A stretch of 64,000 nt of DNA, taken from contig JAITRE010000029.1 in assembly GCA_031288555.1 (NCBI GenBank), forward strand, positions 3,621-67,620, in the 5' to 3' direction. Below the pieces are notes generated by a model. That model was not told the origin of the DNA and ran no database searches. It saw nothing but the letters and a program-made list of their open reading frames with translations. The position numbers and the translations under genes were made by a program. Positions 21,222 through 28,511 of this stretch are shown here, in pieces (position 1 is the stretch's first letter; each line of letters opens with the position of its first letter). The DNA comes from Oscillospiraceae bacterium (GTDB taxonomy: Bacteria > Bacillota > Clostridia > Oscillospirales > Acutalibacteraceae).

Positions 21222-21503
21222 TCAGTCAACAGTGTACACACAAGCGCGTTTATACTTTTTTTTAAAACTTTCAAACTTAACTTTACCATCTATTAATGAA
21301 AAAAGAGTGTCATCTTTACCTTTTCCAACATTTTTTCCTGGATGAATACGAGTGCCACGTTGTTTAACAATAATGTTGCCTGCAATTACATATTGACCAT
21401 CGGCGCGTTTAATACCCAATCTTTTTGACTCAGAATCTCTTCCGTTTTTTGTGGAACCCATTCCTTTTTTGTGAGCAAATAATTGAATATCAACTTTAAT
21501 CAT
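21222..21503 (-). CDS. rpmA: 50S ribosomal protein L27 with N-terminal propeptide
   Basis: [24 protein letters not shown]. This is the Firmicute-type extension that precedes the conserved (A)HKK start. Confidence 0.95.
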   Translation of the reverse strand: MIKVDIQLFAHKKGMGSTKNGRDSESKRLGIKRADGQYVIAGNIIVKQRGTRIHPGKNVGKGKDDTLFSLIDGKVKFESFKKKYKRACVYTVD

Positions 21504-21854
21504 TTAAATCAACCTTTCAGTTTTTACTAGCAAAGAATTAGAATATTCTTTTGCAATCTCTAGCAAATGAATTTCAAAACCTTTTAATACGTCGTGAGTC
21601 GCCTTTAAATCACCGGACAAAGCTCTAAAGTACAGCGCGCCGTTATTTTTTTCTAGGGAAACGTGCGCCTTTACAAGTAAAACTCCCGTAATTGTATTTG
21701 CAGCCATACAAGCCGCAGAGGAAACAGCTGCACATACGATATCGTATTCACCAGGTTCACTGTGTTCAGAGTGACCGTTTACATCAAACCCTAAAAACAT
21801 GTTATCTTTAATTAACAGTTTAGCAACAATTATAAAAATCACTCCAAACAACAA
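21504..21854 (-). CDS. prp: Ribosomal-processing cysteine protease Prp (YsxB family)
   Basis: GHSE...YDIVCAAVS His/Cys dyad, positioned between rplU and rpmA. The exact start is uncertain (TTG/GTG candidates). Confidence 0.85.
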   Translation of the reverse strand: MLFGVIFIIVAKLLIKDNMFLGFDVNGHSEHSEPGEYDIVCAAVSSAACMAANTITGVLLVKAHVSLEKNNGALYFRALSGDLKATHDVLKGFEIHLLEIAKEYSNSLLVKTERLI

Positions 21855-21898
21855 AAAAACAAAATTGCATTAAAACTCTACTAACATAGCCGTTTAAT

Positions 21899-22207
21899 TT
21901 AAGAATTTATAGACTTAATTTTAATCATACTATACAGTTGACGATGACCAAGCTTACGACTTTGGTTCTTTTTAGGTTTATAAGTAAACACAGTAATTTT
22001 TTTAGCTTTACCGTTCTTTACAACTTCGGCCGAAACTTTAGCTGAAGCTACATAAGGTAAGCCAACTTCTAATTTTCTACCGTTTGAAACCGCAAGAACT
22101 TTCAAATCAATAATTTCACCGCTTTGAGCGTCAAGCTTATTAGTAAATAAAACATCATTTTGCTTTACTTTGTGTTGTTTACCGCCAACTTCTATTATTG
22201 CATACAT
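21899..22207 (-). CDS. rplU: 50S ribosomal protein L21
   Basis: MYAIIEVGGKQHKV canonical start at ATG 22207, although the ORF opens at 22243. Confidence 0.93.
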   Translation of the reverse strand: MYAIIEVGGKQHKVKQNDVLFTNKLDAQSGEIIDLKVLAVSNGRKLEVGLPYVASAKVSAEVVKNGKAKKITVFTYKPKKNQSRKLGHRQLYSMIKIKSINS

Positions 22208-22264
22208 AATTATACAAAAACACCCACTTTTAAAACGTTTCAATAAATTAAAAAACTTGTTTAA

Positions 22265-22293
22265 ATGTTATCATTCTGTAAATCATTTGTCAA
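22265..22293 (-). promoter_or_regulatory. Candidate sigmaA promoter of rplU operon
   Basis: Minus strand reads TTGACA-17 nt-TAACAT, about 60 nt upstream of the rplU ATG. The -35 lies only about 10 nt beyond the stop of the adjacent peptide gene. Confidence 0.45.
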
Positions 22294-22303
22294 GAACGCT
22301 AAA

Positions 22304-22651
22304 TTAAAACTTTAAAAAAGAGCAAATGCCATCTCCTATTTTATCTCCTATGTCAGTTCCAATACCTTCTAGCTTGTTTCCACTTTTAAACAAACCACCA
22401 ACAAGGTTACCTACAGCTTTGCCTAAAGTTTTACCTATCGCTCCTCCTCCTGAAACATTCATTAAATCTTCATTTGATAGTGGGCCTTTAATTTCTTTAA
22501 GTTGATTTTGAAATTCTTCAAAGGAACACCCGTTTAGATAAGGAGAAACTAACTTTCTTTTTTCTTCAGTTGATTTAGCATTTTCAATTTTCTTTCTTAA
22601 CTCATCATTATTTTCTAAAATTTCTAAAAATTCTTGAGCACAATTCTTCAT
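22304..22651 (-). CDS. Nif11-like-leader / double-glycine precursor peptide, paralog A (69-aa leader + 46-aa Gly-rich core)
   Basis: The leader MKNCAQEFLEIL...SPYLNGCSFEEFQNQLKEI...EDLMNVSGG is shared with two neighbours. GAAAGGAAG RBS is present. Confidence 0.7.
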   Translation of the reverse strand: MKNCAQEFLEILENNDELRKKIENAKSTEEKRKLVSPYLNGCSFEEFQNQLKEIKGPLSNEDLMNVSGGGAIGKTLGKAVGNLVGGLFKSGNKLEGIGTDIGDKIGDGICSFLKF

Positions 22652-22725
22652 AAATTCAACTTCCTTTCAAAATAAAATTTTTAATAAACAATAAAAATTA
22701 TTGCAAGACTTATTATTTGTTAAAA
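22652..22725 (-). promoter_or_regulatory. Conserved upstream module of paralog A (RBS plus candidate promoter/operator)
   Basis: This ~74-nt block is nearly identical upstream of all three paralogs. It contains AATAATAAGTCTTGCAAT and, on the minus strand, TTGCAA-17 nt-TAAAAA. Confidence 0.4.
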
Positions 22726-22839
22726 GACAAAAAATTATACTAAAAACCTCAGAGAACACTTTAATTTAAAAAATCCGTTTCATATATATCTTAATTTATA
22801 ATCAGATAATAATTTTTATAAGAATTAAGATTTTATTTG

Positions 22840-23211
22840 TTAAAATTTTAATTTATCGCAAAATTCTTCAGTTGCATTGCTTCCGATGTTACCATACTTA
22901 GTTTCTAACAAACGTCTTTTACCTTTACCAAGTATTGAAGAATCATAAAGTAGCTTTCCAACGCATTCACCTACAAGCTGGCCTACTCTTTTACCTACTT
23001 GTCCTCCTCCTGAAACATTCATTAAATCTTCATTTGATAGTGAGCCTTCAATTTCTTTAAGCTGATTTTGAAACTCTTCAAAGGAACACCCGTTTAGATA
23101 AGGAGAAACTATTTTTTTTCTTTCTTCAGTCGACTTCGAGTTTTCAACTTTCTTTCTTAATTCTTCATCATTTTTCAAAATTTCTAAAAATTTTTGAGCA
23201 CAATTCTTCAT
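22840..23211 (-). CDS. Nif11-like-leader / double-glycine precursor peptide, paralog B (69-aa leader + 54-aa core)
   Basis: Leader MKNCAQKFLEILKNDEELRKKVENSKSTEE...EDLMNVSGG. The core ends FCDKLKF. Confidence 0.7.
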   Translation of the reverse strand: MKNCAQKFLEILKNDEELRKKVENSKSTEERKKIVSPYLNGCSFEEFQNQLKEIEGSLSNEDLMNVSGGGQVGKRVGQLVGECVGKLLYDSSILGKGKRRLLETKYGNIGSNATEEFCDKLKF

Positions 23212-23285
23212 AAATTCAACTTTCTTTCAAAATAAAATTTTTTATAAACAATAAAAGTCATTGCAAGACTTATTATTTGTTAAAT
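23212..23285 (-). promoter_or_regulatory. Conserved upstream module of paralog B
   Basis: Same block as at 22652-22725, with a few substitutions. Confidence 0.4.
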
Positions 23286-23346
23286 TTCTGCAGACCTATT
23301 GTATTTTCAAAAGACCAAAGTGTAAAAAATTTTCTAAAGAATGTTG

Positions 23347-23724
23347 TTAAAATTTTAATTTATCGCAAAAATTCCCAGTTAATTTCTCTCCATATCCACT
23401 TATTTTTTTGCGAAACGCTTTTGCATCTTCATCCTTTTGATTTTTAAACAGCAGTTTTCCGATATACCTACCCACAAATTTACCTAAGTTCCAGCCTACT
23501 CCTTTATTATCTCCTTTTCCTCCTGCAACATTTGTTAATTCTTCTTTCGACAATGAGCTTTCAATTTTTTTTAATTGCTTTTGAAATTCTTCAAAAGGAC
23601 ATCCGTTTAAATAAGGAGAAACTATTTTTTTTGTTTCCTCAGTCGACTTCGAGTTTTCAACCTTCTTTCTTAATTCTTCATCATCTTTCAAAATTTCTAA
23701 AAATTTTTGTGCACAGTTTTTCAT
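23347..23724 (-). CDS. Nif11-like-leader / double-glycine precursor peptide, paralog C (69-aa leader + 56-aa core)
   Basis: Leader MKNCAQKFLEILKDDEELRKKVENSKSTEE...EELTNVAGG. The core ends FCDKLKF. Confidence 0.7.
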   Translation of the reverse strand: MKNCAQKFLEILKDDEELRKKVENSKSTEETKKIVSPYLNGCPFEEFQKQLKKIESSLSKEELTNVAGGKGDNKGVGWNLGKFVGRYIGKLLFKNQKDEDAKAFRKKISGYGEKLTGNFCDKLKF

Positions 23725-23795
23725 AAGCTTAACTTCCTTTCAAAATAAAATTTTTAATAAGCAATAAAAGTTATTGCAAGACTTATTATTTATTT
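23725..23795 (-). promoter_or_regulatory. Conserved upstream module of paralog C
   Basis: Same block as upstream of paralogs A and B. Confidence 0.4.
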
Positions 23796-24132
23796 AAAAA
23801 ATGAGATTATGCTAAATTTTTTAAAAACACTTTACTTTTAGATATAAAAGTATCTTATAAAAATAAGTATATATTGTTAAATTTGCATTTGATATGGTAG
23901 ATTTTGATAAATAAATTTTATAAAATTAGTTTAATTTCAATACGAAAAATGACATATTTTGTGCGATCTAAAATGAAGAAGGAACTTCTGTTTTTCTTTG
24001 AAATAAAGAAACAAAAAAATTCTTAGTTTTTTTAAAAGATTTGTTTTAATTTTGATAAATAAAAAAGTTTTTTACAATTATTTACTAAAATTTTAATATT
24101 TAAAAATTTAGTTATTTAGTACAAAAAAATCC

Positions 24133-24161
24133 TTGCATTTTATTCAAATTTATTCTAAGAT
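24133..24161 (+). promoter_or_regulatory. Candidate sigmaA promoter of the dcw (mraZ) operon
   Basis: TTGCAT-17 nt-TAAGAT, about 60 nt upstream of the mraZ ATG. Confidence 0.5.
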
Positions 24162-24175
24162 AACTTTATACGAAA

Positions 24176-24199
24176 GTGGTAGATAGTGGTTGGCAGTGG
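24176..24199 (+). promoter_or_regulatory. Putative MraZ operator (three direct AGTGG repeats at 10-bp phasing)
   Basis: GTGG occurs at 24176, 24186 and 24196 (aAGTGGtagatAGTGGttggcAGTGGt), between the candidate -10 and the mraZ start. Confidence 0.55.
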
Positions 24200-24222
24200 T
24201 TTCATATCCCAGAGGTTTTGTT

Positions 24223-24642
24223 ATGCTTATTGGAGAATATGAACATAGCTTAGATGCAAAGGGTAGGGTAATTGTTCCAGTTAAGTTTCGCGAAGATTTG
24301 TCTGATATTTTTTACATTACTAAAGGTATTGACGGTTGTTTGTTTGTTTTTTCAAAAGAAGAGTGGAAAAAACTTGAGCAGAAAATAATCACAATGTCAA
24401 TTTTCAAATCTCGTGGTATTCAGCGTTTCTTTTTTTCAGGGGCAGCTCAAATTGTTGCTGACGCAAATGGGCGAATACTTATACCTCAACCACTTCGCAA
24501 TTTTGCAAGTCTTAAAAAAGACGTAATTTTTTTAGGTACAATAACTCGTGTGGAAATTTGGGATAAACTACGCTGGAAAAAAGCAAGCGATTCTCTTACA
24601 GATGAAAGTATAAAGCAAGCTATGAGTTTAATGGACATCTAA
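24223..24642 (+). CDS. mraZ: Transcriptional regulator MraZ
   Basis: MLIGEYEHSLDAKGRVIVPVKFR plus a second DANGRILIP SpoVT/AbrB-like repeat. The ORF opens at 24190. Confidence 0.93.
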   Translation: MLIGEYEHSLDAKGRVIVPVKFREDLSDIFYITKGIDGCLFVFSKEEWKKLEQKIITMSIFKSRGIQRFFFSGAAQIVADANGRILIPQPLRNFASLKKDVIFLGTITRVEIWDKLRWKKASDSLTDESIKQAMSLMDI

Positions 24643-24659
24643 GAAGAGGTGTTGTTTTT

Positions 24660-25592
24660 ATGAAAACTATACACAAACCTGTTTTACTTTCAGAAAGTAT
24701 TGAATTATTAGATATAAATCCAAATGGTGTGTATGTGGATGCAACCGCTGGTTTTGGAGGGCATTCCGAAAAAATACTTAATGTGTTAAAAAGCGGAAGT
24801 CTTTTTATGATTGATCAAGATCCAGATGCTATAGAATTTATAAGAGAAAAGTTTAAAGGAAATTCTAATGCAATTATAGTAAAAGGTAATTTTTTAAATA
24901 TTAAAGACTTAATTAAGCCTTTTGGTGTTGAATTTGTAGATGGAATACTTTTGGATTTAGGGGTTTCTTCTTTTCAACTTGACTCTTATAAGCGTGGGTT
25001 TTCGTATAATAAAGAAACTTCATTTTTAGATATGCGTATGAGCAAAGAAGGTTTATCTGCAAAAGATGTTATTAACACTTACTCGTTTAAAAGTTTAAAA
25101 AAAATAATTTGGGAATATTCTCAAGAAAAATTTTCAGGGAATATTGCAAAAGCTATAGTTAAAAAAAGAGAAAGCACAGTTATAAAAACTGTTGGCCAGC
25201 TTGTTGAAATTATAAAATCAGCGATTCCTATTAAGTTTTTTAAAAAAAGAAATGCTCATCCTGCAAGAAAAACTTTTCAAGCTCTAAGAATAGAAGTAAA
25301 TAATGAGCTTGATGTTTTAAAAAAAGGGCTTGATGCAGCATTTTCTGCTTTAAAGCCAAAAGGTAGACTTGCTGTTATAACTTTTCATTCACTAGAAGAT
25401 AGAATAGTAAAGGAAAAAATAACTAATTGGCGTAAAGATTGCGTTTGCCCAGCAGATTTTCCTATGTGTATATGTGAAAAAACTAAAGAGTGTCATTTAA
25501 TTACAAAGAAACCTATAGTTCCTTCAAAAGATGAACTTAAAGATAATTTAAGAAGCAGAAGCGCTAAGTTAAGGGTTATTGTTTCGGTTTAA
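24660..25592 (+). CDS. rsmH: 16S rRNA (cytosine1402-N4)-methyltransferase
   Basis: HKPVLL, DATAGFGGHS, LLDLGVSSFQLD and SLEDRIVK motifs. Confidence 0.95.
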   Translation: MKTIHKPVLLSESIELLDINPNGVYVDATAGFGGHSEKILNVLKSGSLFMIDQDPDAIEFIREKFKGNSNAIIVKGNFLNIKDLIKPFGVEFVDGILLDLGVSSFQLDSYKRGFSYNKETSFLDMRMSKEGLSAKDVINTYSFKSLKKIIWEYSQEKFSGNIAKAIVKKRESTVIKTVGQLVEIIKSAIPIKFFKKRNAHPARKTFQALRIEVNNELDVLKKGLDAAFSALKPKGRLAVITFHSLEDRIVKEKITNWRKDCVCPADFPMCICEKTKECHLITKKPIVPSKDELKDNLRSRSAKLRVIVSV

Positions 25593-25626
25593 TCTTTAAT
25601 AATTTTATAGTAAGTTTGGTGAAATT

Positions 25627-26064
25627 ATGTTGTTTAAAAAGAATTTAGCTTATGATCTATCGTTGTTTGAAGAAGCGCCGGAAGATTGTTTTAACAGCAA
25701 AAGTAATGTAATTAAAATATCTAAAACAAAATTTATAAAAAACAGAAATATTTTAAGAAAAAAAACAATAACTTCAGTGATATGTGTGTCAGTTGTTGTT
25801 TTATGTGGCGCTACTAATCTTGTTTTAGGGCAAGTGAAACTTTCAGAATTAACTCAACGAGTTTTTAATTCTAAAAAATTATTGGAAGAAAGTAAAAATG
25901 ATGAGACTAGACTTAAAATGCAACTCGAATCTTTTTTATCTCTTGGAGAAATTGAAGAATATTCAAAAAAATTGCTTATGATGAAAAAACCAGAACCTTA
26001 TCAGATAGAGTATGTTAATATTTTCGAGCAGAACAAAGCTTTATTTGGGCGAAGGATTGATTAA
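25627..26064 (+). CDS. ftsL: Cell division protein FtsL-like
   Basis: Position between rsmH and the division PBP. Single TM helix followed by a coiled coil and ...EIEEYSKKLLMMKKPEPYQIEYV. Confidence 0.65.
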   Translation: MLFKKNLAYDLSLFEEAPEDCFNSKSNVIKISKTKFIKNRNILRKKTITSVICVSVVVLCGATNLVLGQVKLSELTQRVFNSKKLLEESKNDETRLKMQLESFLSLGEIEEYSKKLLMMKKPEPYQIEYVNIFEQNKALFGRRID

Positions 26065-26248
26065 TTTCTTTGCTTGTCATAAAGACTTTGATTTTTAAAT
26101 AAGTTTTAAATGATGCAGTGTTTTATTTTGAATAAATTTTAAAATTTTTAAAGACAATTCTATCTAGGATTAAACTTATATTTTCTTTGCATTAAATGTG
26201 TAGGACGCTTTAAGTAAGGTTAAAATAATAAACAGAGGTTTATTTTTT

Positions 26249-28468
26249 ATGGCAAAAGGCACTACTGTTAGAATGTGGCGTAGATCCACTTTTGTTTTAT
26301 TTATGTTAATAGCAGTAGGATTTGGCACGATTGTTTTAAGGCTTTTAAATTTACAAATTTTTCAAGGAAAAGCTCTTAGACAAATGGCCTTAGACCAACA
26401 GTTAAAAGATACAGTGATATCTGCCCAACGTGGCACTATATACGATAGAAATATGAAGCCTGTTGCTCAAAGCGCAACTGTTTTTACTGTGGTTTTAGAG
26501 CCAGCATATATAAAAACTGATGAAAAGAAAAAACTTATAGCTTCTGGTTTGTCTGAAATTCTACAATTAGAAGAGGATGAAATAATAAAAAAAGCAAGTA
26601 AAAAATCTTATTATGTCATAGTAAAAAGAAAAATAGAGAGCGATGTTAAAGAAAAAATAGTTAATTTTCAAAAAGAAAAAAAAATAAAAGGTGGCATTAG
26701 GCTCATAGAAGACTACAAAAGATACTACCCTTATGGTCGCTTTGCTTCAAATGTTATAGGTTTTACGGGATTTGATAATCAAGGTCTTTCTGGGATTGAA
26801 AATTTTTACGATAAAGATTTGATGGGGGAATTTGGCAGAATTGTGACTGCTAGAAATGCTGTTGGTACCGATATGCCTTTTGAATATGAGCAAATGATTC
26901 CGGCTAAGAGCGGTCACAATCTTGTTTTGACGATAGATGAAAGTATTCAACATTCTATGGAAAAATATTTAGAAGAAGGAAGAATCAACAACAGAGTAAA
27001 GAACGGTGCGGTTGCTATATTAATGGACGCCGAAGAAGGAGATATTTTAGGATTGGCCAGCGGAGGATTTGATTTAAATTCTCCGTTTGAAATAGTTGAT
27101 TTACAAGCTAAAACTGAAATTGAATCTACAAAAGAAGAAGATCGTTCAAAGTTAAAAGGAGATTTTTTGCAAAAGCAATGGAGGAATAAAGCCGTTAGCG
27201 ACACTTATATGCCAGGTTCTACTTTTAAAATTATAACTGCTTCAATGGCTTTAGAAGAAGGAGTTGTGAGCGAAAATTCTTCTTTTAATTGTACGGGTAG
27301 TGTTATTCCTTTTGAAGGAGCAAGGCGAATACATTGTCACAATCGAAGAGGCCACGGAGTTCAAGATTTTCAAGGAATAATAAGTCACTCTTGTAATCCG
27401 GGATTTATAAGCTTGGGTCATGCTTTGGGTGCTGAGAACTTTTATAAGTATTACAAGCTTTTTGGTTTTACACAAAAAACTGGAATTGATCTTCCGGGTG
27501 AGGCAAAAGGAGTGTTTTTTAATAAAGACGGTTCGATGGCACCTATGGATCTTACTGTTGCTTCGTTTGGACAAAACTTTACTATTACACCAATGCAATT
27601 GGTGACAGCGGTTGGCGCAGCTGTTACTGGAAAATTGGTTGAACCCCATGTTGTAAAACATATAACTGATGAAAACGGAAATATATTAAAGACTAAAGGA
27701 AAAAGCATTAAAAGGCACGTTGTTTCTGAAAATACATCAAAAAATATTTGTGAATTACTTAAAAATAATGTTGCTACAGGATCTGGTCGAAATGGGTCGG
27801 TTCCAGGGTACAACATAGGTGGCAAAACAGGTACGTCTGAAAAAGTTGGTAACAGTGGTCCGGGTGGCAAAGATTACATAGCTTCTTTTTGTTCTTTTTT
27901 TCCAACTGATTTTCCAAAATACGTTCTTTTCATTATGTACGATACTCCGAAAGGAGATTATTATTACGGTGGGCTTATCGCGGCTCCTGTTGCAGCTAAG
28001 ATTATGTCGGAAATTTTGCCTTATTTAGGAATAAACAAAAGATACACAGAAGAAGAGCTTGAAAAACTTGATACAAGTACACCTTCTTTGATAGGGTTGC
28101 CGATTGAAAAAGCAAAAAGCGAATTAATTCAAAATCAGTTAAAATTCTCTATAAAAGGTGATGGAGAAACTGTTGTTTCTCAAATTCCTGACGCTGGGTC
28201 TGGAATCCCGAAGGATGGAACGGTTGTTATATACACAAACAAGGAAAATTCTTCCAAAAAAATAAAAGTTCCAAATTTTGTAGGCCTTAGTGCGCTAAAC
28301 GCAAATAAACTTGCTTTTTCTTTTGAACTCAACATGAGGGTTTCAGGTGTGCCTACACAATCAAACGAAGAAGTGGTAGCATCTAATCAAAGCATTTCCC
28401 CGGGTGAGTTTGTAGATCCTGGAACAGTTATTTGTGTAGAATTTATTCAAAAGGATGATATAGATTAA
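26249..28468 (+). CDS. Class B penicillin-binding protein with two C-terminal PASTA domains (SpoVD/PBP2B type)
   Basis: STFK, SHSCN and KTGTSE motifs, plus two PASTA-like repeats near the C-terminus. It occupies the dcw position. Confidence 0.88.
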   Translation: MAKGTTVRMWRRSTFVLFMLIAVGFGTIVLRLLNLQIFQGKALRQMALDQQLKDTVISAQRGTIYDRNMKPVAQSATVFTVVLEPAYIKTDEKKKLIASGLSEILQLEEDEIIKKASKKSYYVIVKRKIESDVKEKIVNFQKEKKIKGGIRLIEDYKRYYPYGRFASNVIGFTGFDNQGLSGIENFYDKDLMGEFGRIVTARNAVGTDMPFEYEQMIPAKSGHNLVLTIDESIQHSMEKYLEEGRINNRVKNGAVAILMDAEEGDILGLASGGFDLNSPFEIVDLQAKTEIESTKEEDRSKLKGDFLQKQWRNKAVSDTYMPGSTFKIITASMALEEGVVSENSSFNCTGSVIPFEGARRIHCHNRRGHGVQDFQGIISHSCNPGFISLGHALGAENFYKYYKLFGFTQKTGIDLPGEAKGVFFNKDGSMAPMDLTVASFGQNFTITPMQLVTAVGAAVTGKLVEPHVVKHITDENGNILKTKGKSIKRHVVSENTSKNICELLKNNVATGSGRNGSVPGYNIGGKTGTSEKVGNSGPGGKDYIASFCSFFPTDFPKYVLFIMYDTPKGDYYYGGLIAAPVAAKIMSEILPYLGINKRYTEEELEKLDTSTPSLIGLPIEKAKSELIQNQLKFSIKGDGETVVSQIPDAGSGIPKDGTVVIYTNKENSSKKIKVPNFVGLSALNANKLAFSFELNMRVSGVPTQSNEEVVASNQSISPGEFVDPGTVICVEFIQKDDID

Positions 28469-28511
28469 ATTTTAAATTAGAAAAATTAGTAACAAGGAGG
28501 AAGGTGGAATA

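Noticed and set aside
23532-23726. 64-aa plus-strand ORF
   Set aside because: It is antisense to Nif11-like paralog C. The paralog frame is the one conserved across three copies.
20214-24130. Prophage or phage remnant around the holin-like gene
   Set aside because: There is no integrase, terminase, capsid, tail or endolysin gene, and no att-like repeats. The neighbouring genes are folE and ribosomal proteins.
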